From: Candidatus Woesearchaeota archaeon
Lineage (GTDB): Archaea; Nanobdellota; Nanobdellia; Woesearchaeales; JAFGLG01
Length of the DNA: 64,000 bases
Direction of reading: 5' to 3'
NCBI GenBank assembly: GCA_016928155.1
Contig: JAFGLG010000002.1
Span: 80,412 to 144,411 of the forward strand
Position 1 is the first letter of the stretch. The number at the start of each line of letters is the position of its first letter. This document shows, piece by piece, positions 55,551-64,000 of the stretch. The notes under the pieces were generated by a model that saw nothing but the letters and a program-made list of their open reading frames with translations, had not been told where the DNA came from and did no database searches. The position numbers and the translations under genes were made by a program.

Positions 55551-58103
55551 TTATTTCTCCTTCCTCATAAGCTCTTCAAGACGCTTGTGGATATTCATTA
55601 TCGATTCCTGGGCAACACTCCTGTATGAATAGATATAATTGCCCAGCATGCCCACAATGACAACCAATGCTACTGTAGCCATCAGGACCTGATTCTTTGT
55701 CTTGTGGTCAATGCCACTGAACCATTCCTTTATCTCTGCACGGCCCTGCTCTGAGAAAAGCATCCCGAGATTCGGGAACTTCCTTGCAGTCGGCCTAGGA
55801 GCCTCCTGCTCAGGAACAGGTTCAGGCTGCTTCACAGGAGGAGGAGCACCTGTATCAACACGCTTGGCAGGAGCGGATTCCTTTATGATAGATTTATCAG
55901 CATCTTCTGTATCATCTTCTTCATAACTTTTTGGACAGTCCTCAGGACAGGTAGTTGAATCCTCATTACTATCACATGTCCCATCACCGCAAGTCCCTAT
56001 CCCTGGTTCGTAATCGCCACCGCCACCGCTACTGCAATCTGCAGGACATGAGCTTGAAGTCTCTCCTGAACCACAATAATTGTTTCCGCATACCTCAGTG
56101 AAACTCCTTGTCTCACTATTCCCTGAATGACCACCCTGCGCAATGCACCTTATGTCCCAGTAACGGTCTACTATTGTCGGGGTATAAGTTATGAGTGTCG
56201 TGACATCCTCCTGTGTTGAGACATTTGTGGCCTTCTTGACGCCATTGACATACAAGCTGCAATTTGTCTCATCCAGCCTATCAGAAATGCTGAAGACAAA
56301 TTTATTAGTCGTGGTATTCCAGAGCACATCATCATCGGGCCAATCCAGGTACACACAGAATCTGTCTCCCAGCAGGCTATATGAATTATTCACCCCTCCC
56401 TCAGATATGTACTTCGTATTATGGCAGATCAGATTGTCGCTGACAGTCGTGTTATAAGAATCACGCGTCAAGATCGCAGTTGATGAATTCTGGATCGTAT
56501 TTGATGTTATGGATGCGAATGTCGAGTTCTGCAGATAGACACCCTGATTCACATCAATTATATTCTCAGAAATCTCCAGATGATCAGTCCTATTAAGGAA
56601 AAAACCAAATGTATAATTATGCAGTGCACAGTCATGCAAGGATATATTCGTCAGATTGATAATATGGAATGCAGAGCCTGAACCGTCACCTGTCAAGGAT
56701 GCGCCATTGCATTCCACGGTGATTCCTGACAAGGTGATGTTGAATATCCCGTCAAGATTCTTGTCAACCAGACTATAAGACCCAAGACAGAGAGTGATGC
56801 TCCTGTTGACAAGCAGATCATCATATGGCGAGAGGGTGTCAGAATCATAAGGGGCACAGTCTGTCGGATCAGGGTCGCCGTCACTGTCTGAATCAAGGGC
56901 GGTCAAGGAGATATCCAATGAGTAATCTGAAATGTTAAATCCGGCAGAATTCATGGCATAACCACCTGCAGTTGTATTCATGGTATATAAACCCACATAC
57001 AACGCGTCAGATACATTCACAAAAAATCCGGTCAAGAAAGGCACATCCACATACCCATTTGAATCTGATATCTTGGAAAATGCCACTCTTCCCAATCCAT
57101 CCCATGCAACCACATTTGCATCCCCGACAGGCAATCCTTCTGTGTCATTCACATGAATATCAACATATTCTTTTACATGCACCTCATAATCCCCCTGTTC
57201 TATATCAATTTTGGAATTATTCACTGATGTGTTCACCAATGAAAGCACATGGGTTCTTGCGAACGAATTCGGATTTGTGATATAGACATCCTTAGTGGCA
57301 CCACTGAATGAACTATCAAATGCAGATATATTGCCGAATTGCCCTATACCATTCAGGCCATACCTACTTCCTGCAGCCTGAATATTATGCATCTGCATTG
57401 AATTGAACCTACTGATCGGATTTGATGATGCACTAATGGCTATATTGATCCCGTCTCCGACATTCGCTATCGCCACAGAATTCTTAAATACAACATCACT
57501 TATCACATATCCGAATTGGATTGCTGCATAAGCAACATGAATCCCACTATATATGGAGGTAAGGTTGTCACCATAAAAGTTATTAGTGCCAATAATAATG
57601 GGATAATTATTGCCAGAGGAATTCACAAAGACATTTGACATGTTCAGGCTGTTGTTTAGGTCAGTACCCAAAAACTCCATTGTGCTGTCTGTCCTTATGC
57701 CAGAAACAAAGAAATCAATAGGCTTATACACATAAATGCTTTTGCTGTAATTGTATATATCACAATCAAGTATTGTCACATTATCTGAACCAGATTCTGA
57801 ATAGATCGCATATCCTGACATATTGCCCCGAATCAGAGAACCATTGCAGTCGAGCACTATGTCGCTTGCATTGATTATCATAACACCATTGTTGCCGGTG
57901 TCATTCACCTGATAGACAAGGCCGCAGAGGACTGTGTCATCGTTTATGTAGGTGTCATCATCGGTAATATTAATGCATGCCAAGGCAGAGGTCGAGAATA
58001 CAAGAGTGAATACCATTGCAGCAATCAACAGTGCAAATCTTGACATGCTTCTCATCTTCTTCAACCTCTTTTTCGAATAATCCTGCATCATCATCTTCTC
58101 CAT
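55551..58103 (-). CDS. secreted right-handed parallel beta-helix (PbH1/NosD-like) repeat surface protein with a Cys-rich module and a C-terminal TM anchor
   Basis: Signal peptide; many short Asn/Gly/Ile-rich turns typical of beta-helix; CGNNYCGSGETSSSCPADC...CGDGTCDSNEDSTTCPEDC; Pro/Glu linker, TM helix, basic tail. Confidence 0.8.
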   Translation of the reverse strand: MEKMMMQDYSKKRLKKMRSMSRFALLIAAMVFTLVFSTSALACINITDDDTYINDDTVLCGLVYQVNDTGNNGVMIINASDIVLDCNGSLIRGNMSGYAIYSESGSDNVTILDCDIYNYSKSIYVYKPIDFFVSGIRTDSTMEFLGTDLNNSLNMSNVFVNSSGNNYPIIIGTNNFYGDNLTSIYSGIHVAYAAIQFGYVISDVVFKNSVAIANVGDGINIAISASSNPISRFNSMQMHNIQAAGSRYGLNGIGQFGNISAFDSSFSGATKDVYITNPNSFARTHVLSLVNTSVNNSKIDIEQGDYEVHVKEYVDIHVNDTEGLPVGDANVVAWDGLGRVAFSKISDSNGYVDVPFLTGFFVNVSDALYVGLYTMNTTAGGYAMNSAGFNISDYSLDISLTALDSDSDGDPDPTDCAPYDSDTLSPYDDLLVNRSITLCLGSYSLVDKNLDGIFNITLSGITVECNGASLTGDGSGSAFHIINLTNISLHDCALHNYTFGFFLNRTDHLEISENIIDVNQGVYLQNSTFASITSNTIQNSSTAILTRDSYNTTVSDNLICHNTKYISEGGVNNSYSLLGDRFCVYLDWPDDDVLWNTTTNKFVFSISDRLDETNCSLYVNGVKKATNVSTQEDVTTLITYTPTIVDRYWDIRCIAQGGHSGNSETRSFTEVCGNNYCGSGETSSSCPADCSSGGGGDYEPGIGTCGDGTCDSNEDSTTCPEDCPKSYEEDDTEDADKSIIKESAPAKRVDTGAPPPVKQPEPVPEQEAPRPTARKFPNLGMLFSEQGRAEIKEWFSGIDHKTKNQVLMATVALVVIVGMLGNYIYSYRSVAQESIMNIHKRLEELMRKEK

Positions 58104-61100
58104 CTTGTGCTCCAGGAGATCTTACCATCAGGCCCTATCTTCATGAAGTACTTTATCCTCTTCATCTCCTTCTTCAGCTCAAACGGAATCTCCTTCTTGG
58201 TATAGACCCTCGGCCTGAAATGCTTACTTGCAGCAACAAGAAGGTCAGATGTCTCCCTGCTTATGCTGTGCTTCTTCGACAGCTCATGGGATATCCTGCT
58301 CTGCTCAGGCGTGAGCTTATCAACTCCCAAATTCTTTATGCCTTTATGAGGACGCACAACACGGACTTTAGGCACCCAAGCAAGCTTCTTGAGCTTCAGC
58401 AGAGCATCAAATGAGGCCACATCCATGAATGCCTTAGGCGCCATGACACCAGGGGACAGGATGAACAGCAGAATCGCTATCGTGAGAAGCACTGTGCCCA
58501 TGAACCTGTTAGGGAGAGGAGTAGGCTCTTCTATCACAAAGCCCCTGTCAGCCTCATGCCCTCCATCTTTGGTCTCTGGCTCCTCGCGGATCCCTGAATC
58601 AAAGAAACCGCCCTGCTTATGCTCTGGCTCATGACCAGGGCAATAACCGCAATCCTGAGGACAGGACTCACATGTCTCTCCGTCATTGCATATCTCATCA
58701 GGGCATTCAGGGAAATAAGTCAGATGCACGCCGCCACCGCCCTGGCAAACACCGCAGTCCTGAGGACAGTTCGAACATGTCTCAGAGCCGAAACATATCC
58801 CGTTCCCGCAGTGCTGGACAGGCCTGGGGCCAAGATCATTGACTGTGCCTGTGACATCAGCACCATTTGTGAAATTATAAGGATAATCCAGACCGGAATC
58901 ACCATAGCCATCTGAATCTGAATCAGAAATATCCAGCGGAGCCGCAAGGATGTCGCTCCAATAGTTGCCTCTCGGCGTCCCTGTCGAATTATCATAGAAC
59001 AGATTAGAGCTGTTGTCTGCAGAGGCCTGCAGGGTGTTTCCCTGGAAAGTGTTTGCGTGAATAATATTATCTACTGACAATGATGTTATGTTAATGCCCA
59101 CAAGGTTCTCAATCATCAGATTGCCCCTGATGATGTTGAGATCAGAATCCTCAAGCAGGATGCCCTCTGCGTCATTATACCTCACAGTGTTGTTGGTGAC
59201 ATTATTAGAATCAGCGCTGTCAAGATGGATGCCCGGTCCTACGCTGTATTCCACAATATTATCGCTGATATCATTGCCTGAAGAAGCCACATAGATGCCT
59301 GAATCAGCCCCCTGGCTCAGGATGACACTGTTGCCTGTCACAGCATTCCCGCTAGAATAGAGCACAATGCCATCATTAGAGCAATTCATGAAAGTGTTAT
59401 CCTCGATCACTGCGCCGTCCATATACACAATGACTCCATCACCGGCATTCTCAATGTAATTGCCCTGAAGCACAAAATCAGAGGTGTACACCTCAAGGTT
59501 GGCCATCAAAGAGCCGCCAAAATCATAGCCGCCGTCGATAAGTCTGGAATTCTTTATCAATAAGCTCGAGCCATCATCTGCGGTTATCACAAAGCCAGTC
59601 TTATGATACCCTCCGGGAGTGCCCGGATTCCAATTGCATCCACTGACAGACAGGCAATTCAGCTCGTTCCTAAGCTCATTACATGATAATGGCCGACATG
59701 GAACTTGCCCGATGGGACAGAACCCACTTGTCTGGACACATCCCAGAGGACATGACCTGGCACAACCTGGACATAATGCTGTACTTAAACCGCTGCAAAA
59801 ACCATCTGTCCCCGGGACATAGACTGTAGGATTCAGAGTTGTGATTATGGATGCATCATCCTCTGTGAGCGGATCATTGTCTGCATCATCAAGAATCAAA
59901 GTGCCTCCGCTCTGGACAGTCACACCGAATTCTCCTGGATAAGAGCTGTCGATATAAATCGTGGTGTTGCTCAGATTGAGCGTCCCGCCGGATTGTATCA
60001 CAATATCATAATCCGCAGTACATATCCCATGACTGATGCTGCAGACACCATCGATAATTCCCGAGTTGTTGTAAAGGCAGAAACAATTATCTGTGATGAC
60101 AAGATCTATGACAGTGCCCTCAGAGATGGTCATGACAGAGTCAATACCGACGAGGCTGACATTCGGCTGGAAACCCGCCTTTGACGCGACTATCCTGTGG
60201 GGATTCATATCAGAGAAAGAACCGTCATTCTCCACCATGTATTCATAAGACATGAATTCAGATGTGATCCCTGCAATTGAGGTCAGACCTGAATATTTCT
60301 GAACAACAGATGAATCAGGCTCATATACCTCGACTGAAGCGTCTACGATGTAATTGCTAGACTGATCCATGACACGCACCTGCGAGGTCCACTCCTGGAG
60401 CTGCTGGCCAATGATGTTCGAGCCTGAACAGAAATCATTTGAGGCATTCATATCGGACCATGCAGTGACCGGCTCTGCGTCCAATGAATGGACGGCATAT
60501 TCCTGATTATGGCAGATAGTGTTGTCCAGCACCACAATATTCGGAGCCAGCAGATAATCATGATTGAATATTCCGCTGCCTCCATTGGAATTGAGGGTGC
60601 TGTTGGTCAGATTTGCCAATGAACCAAGTGAGAAAACACCATGACCTGTGCTGTGAGAGACGGAATTCATGACAAAAGAGGCGCTGGAATTCTCCAGATA
60701 AACACCGTCCAATCCGCTCCTGTTGATATCATTATCAGTCAGGTTCGAATATGAATCCACGAGAACAACACCATAAAACAAATTACCCAGGATCATGTTG
60801 CCTGTAAGATTGAAATCCGAATCCAACAGATATACACCATACCGCACATTTCCGGAGATGTTATTTCCTATCAGATAATGGCCTGATCCCACTGCATACA
60901 CGCCATCGGCACCATTAACAGTGATATTATTATCTTCCAGACTCGAAGAAGAGCCTGTCAGCCTGACACCGCTGACATCATTAGAATAGATGAGATTACC
61001 TGAAAGATTGCACCTGGAATCAGCAGAATCCACACCATCCCCTGTGTTGTCAATGATATGATTGCCTATTAAAGAGGCATTTGATACTGAAAGCGACACA

Positions 61101-63100
61101 CCATCTCCAGCATTCCAAATAATATGATTATCAGTGAGGTTGAAATATGAATCAAGAAGACTTACCCCAGCCCCATCGTTATGAGAGATGGTATTCCCTG
61201 AAAGATTGCACCTTGATCCGGCCGAATTAATCCCAATCGCGCCATTAGAAGAGACATTATTATCCTTGAACACCAATCCAGAGACTTCAATATAGATGCC
61301 ATGGATACCACCGCCGATTATTGAATTGCCATCAAACACAGCACCCTCTGTCGAGGACACAAACAAGGAATAACTCACCCCGCCCACCAGAGTATTATTC
61401 CTGAAGATGCTGTCATCACCGGAATACACCCTCATGTTCATCTGGTTATCGCTGAAACTGTTATGGGCAAACAAATCCCCGAGAGTACTGTTCACATCCA
61501 TCCCAGACAATGAGCTTCCTTTCAGCGTGTTGCCCAGGAACGATGAATTGCTGTGCATGAGATTGTTATCCATTAAGATGCCTATGGAATTATTTTCAGC
61601 TGTGTTATCCGATACTGTCAGATTCCAGACATCCCTGAAAGAAAAGCCTGAATAATCATTCTCATATGCAGAATTCCCTGAGATGAGGCTGTCATTGCAT
61701 CCGGAAAGAAAGAACCCATCTGCTGTATGATCATAAAATGAATTGCCTGATATCTCCATATCCACCAAGCCAGATCCGTACAAGCCTCCCCTATTATTCG
61801 AGAATATCTCGTTATCGATGATACTCCCGGACGAATCAAACACCTTCAGACCATAAAATTCATCATCCCATAACCGGTTATTAATCACTGAAATGTTATC
61901 TGAAATGTTTATATAAACGCCGCTTGAACCCAAAGATAGATGACCATCTTCTGAATTGCTGTATATATCATTGGATGAAATGACTGAATCATCAAAATTA
62001 ATAAAATGCATCCCAAAAAAGCGGTTATCCCACACATCATTATCATGGATATAGGTCTGCGAGGAACCAGTCCCACGTATCCCATATTGTGAGTTACTAA
62101 AAATATTGTTTCGGGTTATATTTGTGTTATCGGCATAATCAAGGTTAATCCCATTATTGCAGTCTGAAATATTATTCTCAATTAAGGCATTATGGTGAAT
62201 AGTATTAGTTATTCTGATCCCAGAATTAACACCATATATTGTGTTTGATCTTATTGTCACATTGTTTGAATTTATCCCAAATTGCATACCCTCTCCTGTC
62301 CCATTATGGATCCTGTTCCCGGAAACAAGGCTATCTGTCACATTAGATACAAAGATACCAAAACCGACAAAACTTGATATGTTATTATCAATTAAATTCA
62401 GATCAGGGCAGTTGTGTATCTGCACTCCCCCCCCAGACAGATTATATAACCTGTTGCCTTCTATTATTGGATTATCCGAATCATGTAGGATAAAAGCATA
62501 AACGACATCGAATATCTCATTCCTCTTAAGCACAACAGAATCAACATACCTGGCATATAATCCATGGTAAGGCGCTTGTGTCTGATTACCCATCCTGCTC
62601 AAAAAGGAATCCTCCATCCTGAGATTACCATACCACACCTGCATATAAGCAGAGTAATCCTGATCATATGTCGATATGAAAGAACCATCCAGTATTGTCA
62701 GATTGCCACCATTGGAATACATACCATATTCACAGTCAAATGAGTTGTTGAAAAGTATGGTCGTGTTTGACATCCCCAGTATGCTGCTGGATACTCTGAG
62801 ATCACCATTCAGGATTATCCCTGTATCCTCACAAAAGGTGTCAGAATTGACAATCCAGTCTCCGGAAGCAGGTGGCTCGATGCCTGTGCAGTCACCTGCA
62901 TCATACAATACAGTGAAACCACTGCCTGATGCAGAAGAGCCTGTCATGATGGACCTGCCTGTATGGAGGTTTGCAGGCCTCTCCACGACAATGGTCTGAT
63001 CGGCTGCATTGCGGTCTGAATCGAACATGAAAGGTGCGCTGAATGCAAGAACTGCAAGGACAACCAGGAGAATCATGCTTAAAGTCCTCATTTTATCCAA
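58091..63100 (-). CDS. giant (about 1670 aa) parallel beta-helix repeat surface protein with Cys-rich CxDGxCxxxETCxxCPxDC modules, a TM anchor and an about 120-aa cytoplasmic tail
   Basis: Dozens of N-x-I-x-x-N/G-x-G-I repeats (NNISxNxxxGI...); CGNGICFGSETCSNCPQDCGVC / CNDGETCESCPQDCGYC; the likely real start is ATG at 63091 (MRTLSMILLVVLAVLAF signal peptide), overlapping the RHH stop. Confidence 0.85.
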   Translation of the reverse strand: MDKMRTLSMILLVVLAVLAFSAPFMFDSDRNAADQTIVVERPANLHTGRSIMTGSSASGSGFTVLYDAGDCTGIEPPASGDWIVNSDTFCEDTGIILNGDLRVSSSILGMSNTTILFNNSFDCEYGMYSNGGNLTILDGSFISTYDQDYSAYMQVWYGNLRMEDSFLSRMGNQTQAPYHGLYARYVDSVVLKRNEIFDVVYAFILHDSDNPIIEGNRLYNLSGGGVQIHNCPDLNLIDNNISSFVGFGIFVSNVTDSLVSGNRIHNGTGEGMQFGINSNNVTIRSNTIYGVNSGIRITNTIHHNALIENNISDCNNGINLDYADNTNITRNNIFSNSQYGIRGTGSSQTYIHDNDVWDNRFFGMHFINFDDSVISSNDIYSNSEDGHLSLGSSGVYINISDNISVINNRLWDDEFYGLKVFDSSGSIIDNEIFSNNRGGLYGSGLVDMEISGNSFYDHTADGFFLSGCNDSLISGNSAYENDYSGFSFRDVWNLTVSDNTAENNSIGILMDNNLMHSNSSFLGNTLKGSSLSGMDVNSTLGDLFAHNSFSDNQMNMRVYSGDDSIFRNNTLVGGVSYSLFVSSTEGAVFDGNSIIGGGIHGIYIEVSGLVFKDNNVSSNGAIGINSAGSRCNLSGNTISHNDGAGVSLLDSYFNLTDNHIIWNAGDGVSLSVSNASLIGNHIIDNTGDGVDSADSRCNLSGNLIYSNDVSGVRLTGSSSSLEDNNITVNGADGVYAVGSGHYLIGNNISGNVRYGVYLLDSDFNLTGNMILGNLFYGVVLVDSYSNLTDNDINRSGLDGVYLENSSASFVMNSVSHSTGHGVFSLGSLANLTNSTLNSNGGSGIFNHDYLLAPNIVVLDNTICHNQEYAVHSLDAEPVTAWSDMNASNDFCSGSNIIGQQLQEWTSQVRVMDQSSNYIVDASVEVYEPDSSVVQKYSGLTSIAGITSEFMSYEYMVENDGSFSDMNPHRIVASKAGFQPNVSLVGIDSVMTISEGTVIDLVITDNCFCLYNNSGIIDGVCSISHGICTADYDIVIQSGGTLNLSNTTIYIDSSYPGEFGVTVQSGGTLILDDADNDPLTEDDASIITTLNPTVYVPGTDGFCSGLSTALCPGCARSCPLGCVQTSGFCPIGQVPCRPLSCNELRNELNCLSVSGCNWNPGTPGGYHKTGFVITADDGSSLLIKNSRLIDGGYDFGGSLMANLEVYTSDFVLQGNYIENAGDGVIVYMDGAVIEDNTFMNCSNDGIVLYSSGNAVTGNSVILSQGADSGIYVASSGNDISDNIVEYSVGPGIHLDSADSNNVTNNTVRYNDAEGILLEDSDLNIIRGNLMIENLVGINITSLSVDNIIHANTFQGNTLQASADNSSNLFYDNSTGTPRGNYWSDILAAPLDISDSDSDGYGDSGLDYPYNFTNGADVTGTVNDLGPRPVQHCGNGICFGSETCSNCPQDCGVCQGGGGVHLTYFPECPDEICNDGETCESCPQDCGYCPGHEPEHKQGGFFDSGIREEPETKDGGHEADRGFVIEEPTPLPNRFMGTVLLTIAILLFILSPGVMAPKAFMDVASFDALLKLKKLAWVPKVRVVRPHKGIKNLGVDKLTPEQSRISHELSKKHSISRETSDLLVAASKHFRPRVYTKKEIPFELKKEMKRIKYFMKIGPDGKISWSTRWRR

Positions 63101-63237
63101 CCTCTGCCCTCATCTTTCTTCTGCTTGATGAGGAACTCAAATCCATGGGAGCGGTTCGCGAATATCTTCTCAGAGATCCTCTTGTCCAGCCACTCGAGAA
63201 GCTCCCTGTCAATCGACACTGTTATGCGTTCTTTCAT
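63088..63237 (-). CDS. unannotated 49-aa ribbon-helix-helix (CopG/Arc/MetJ-type) DNA-binding protein, translationally coupled to the giant beta-helix gene
   Basis: Hand translation: MKERITVSIDRELLEWLDKRISEKIFANRSHGFEFLIKQKKDEGRGWIK; beta-strand ITVSID plus two helices; TGA overlaps the ATG of the giant gene (ATGA); below the 60-aa track cutoff. Confidence 0.55.
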   Translation of the reverse strand: MKERITVSIDRELLEWLDKRISEKIFANRSHGFEFLIKQKKDEGRGWIK

Positions 63238-63480
63238 TTTTTAGACCAGTATAGGCTAGTGCATACTAATACTTAATTATGTAGTTTTTGTATTAAGTAA
63301 TATTTAAATGTATCTATTTGTATAATTATGTACTAATTAGTAATAGATAATAAGAATAATACATATTAGTACATACTTAAATATCATTATCTATCTTTTT
63401 AGAAGGAAACAGGAAAACAGGGGCATATAGAGAAAGAAGGGGAAGAGAAAATAGGAGGAATAAATGAAAAAACCGCAGAA

Positions 63481-63846
63481 TCAGCCAAAAACCGATTTAG
63501 CCCTCCTAAGAAGGTCTTCAGGATCAAACGGCTTTGTTATGTAATCAGCGCTGCCGCCCAAAGAGAGGGCCTTCATCTTGTCAGACCATTCTCCCTTTGC
63601 TGTAAGGAATATTATCGGGATGCTTTTCATGGCCTCATCGCGCTTCATGACCCGCATTGTATCATAACCATCCATCTGAGGCATCATCACATCAAGGAGG
63701 ACAAGACTGGGCTTATGCTTCCTTATCACATCAAGCGCCTCCTCCCCTGAAAGGGCGCCATGAACCTCAAAGTCATCCTGCAGCGTCATCTTCACCAGAT
63801 TCAGGATATGCTGCTCATCATCCACAACCACAATCTTTCTCTTCAT
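63481..63846 (-). CDS. CheY-like response regulator receiver domain protein (stand-alone)
   Basis: KIVVVDDEQHIL (acid pocket), LVLLDVMMPQMDG (phospho-Asp), FLTAKG, SLGGSADYITKPF; start probably the internal Met at 63846. Confidence 0.8.
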   Translation of the reverse strand: MKRKIVVVDDEQHILNLVKMTLQDDFEVHGALSGEEALDVIRKHKPSLVLLDVMMPQMDGYDTMRVMKRDEAMKSIPIIFLTAKGEWSDKMKALSLGGSADYITKPFDPEDLLRRAKSVFG

Positions 63847-64000
63847 AACAACACCTCCTACTTCTTGATCATCCATCATTCACTCAAATCAAAAAAACAT
63901 CATATCTCCGGCGGGCAGAAGACATGCCAGCCCATGCTATCATTCCCCTTAACAAAAGGGCAGTCATCATGGCTGCAGTCGATATGCTCCCAGCAAATCT

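Noticed and set aside
1-64000. Search for tRNA, rRNA, CRISPR arrays, transposases and integrases
   Set aside because: No cloverleaf-compatible GTTCGAATC-type T-arms were found in intergenic DNA, and no rRNA-like conserved blocks. There are no regularly spaced identical 25-40-nt repeats with unique spacers, and no DDE/tyrosine-recombinase motifs in any ORF. A dedicated tRNAscan/CRISPR tool run is still advisable.

Overview
This 64-kb window looks like part of the chromosome of an archaeon. Translation and transcription genes follow archaeal conserved order: ribosomal L1-L10(P0)-L12(P1); PIN-Rpo7(E')-Spt4(E'')-S24e-S27ae; RpoL; aIF5B; Tyw1; Dph2; archaeal class-I CCA enzyme; Nip7; CDP-archaeol-synthase-like and UppS genes. 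Intergenic DNA is very AT-rich while coding DNA is about 45-58 % GC. GGAGG-type Shine-Dalgarno sites are common, as are 4-nt ATGA start/stop overlaps. At least five giant secreted, membrane-anchored surface proteins are present. This overall content resembles small-genome DPANN-like or other host-associated archaea, but that is inference only. No rRNA, tRNA, CRISPR array, transposase or integrase was recognised. 

Beyond housekeeping genes the window holds several accessory modules worth attention. (i) A five-gene minus-strand copper/metal island (CopA, CopZ, Cys4 ribbon protein, HMA-fused membrane protein with a Gly/Cys tail, and a membrane-anchored wHTH regulator) sits divergent from sod, with a perfect palindrome between them. 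(ii) A tightly overlapped four-gene operon encodes a metallophosphoesterase, two paralogous proteins whose only recognisable part is a C-terminal PEP-utilizer phosphohistidine swivel domain, and a membrane protein. (iii) A compact cluster encodes two KaiC/RadA-like ATPases flanking a flavodoxin-like protein and a small wHTH protein, with a B12-radical-SAM enzyme upstream. (iv) Small DNA-binding protein genes (an unannotated 49-aa RHH and a 69-aa wHTH) are translationally coupled to giant surface-protein genes, and this happens twice. (v) dph2 is split into two ORFs. (vi) A cytochrome-b5-like lipoprotein is paired with an HTH/Cys-cluster regulator. (vii) Several non-coding repeat and motif arrays occur, including a 12-nt motif at exact 195-bp spacing. 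All functional calls rest on motif recognition by eye; no database search was run.
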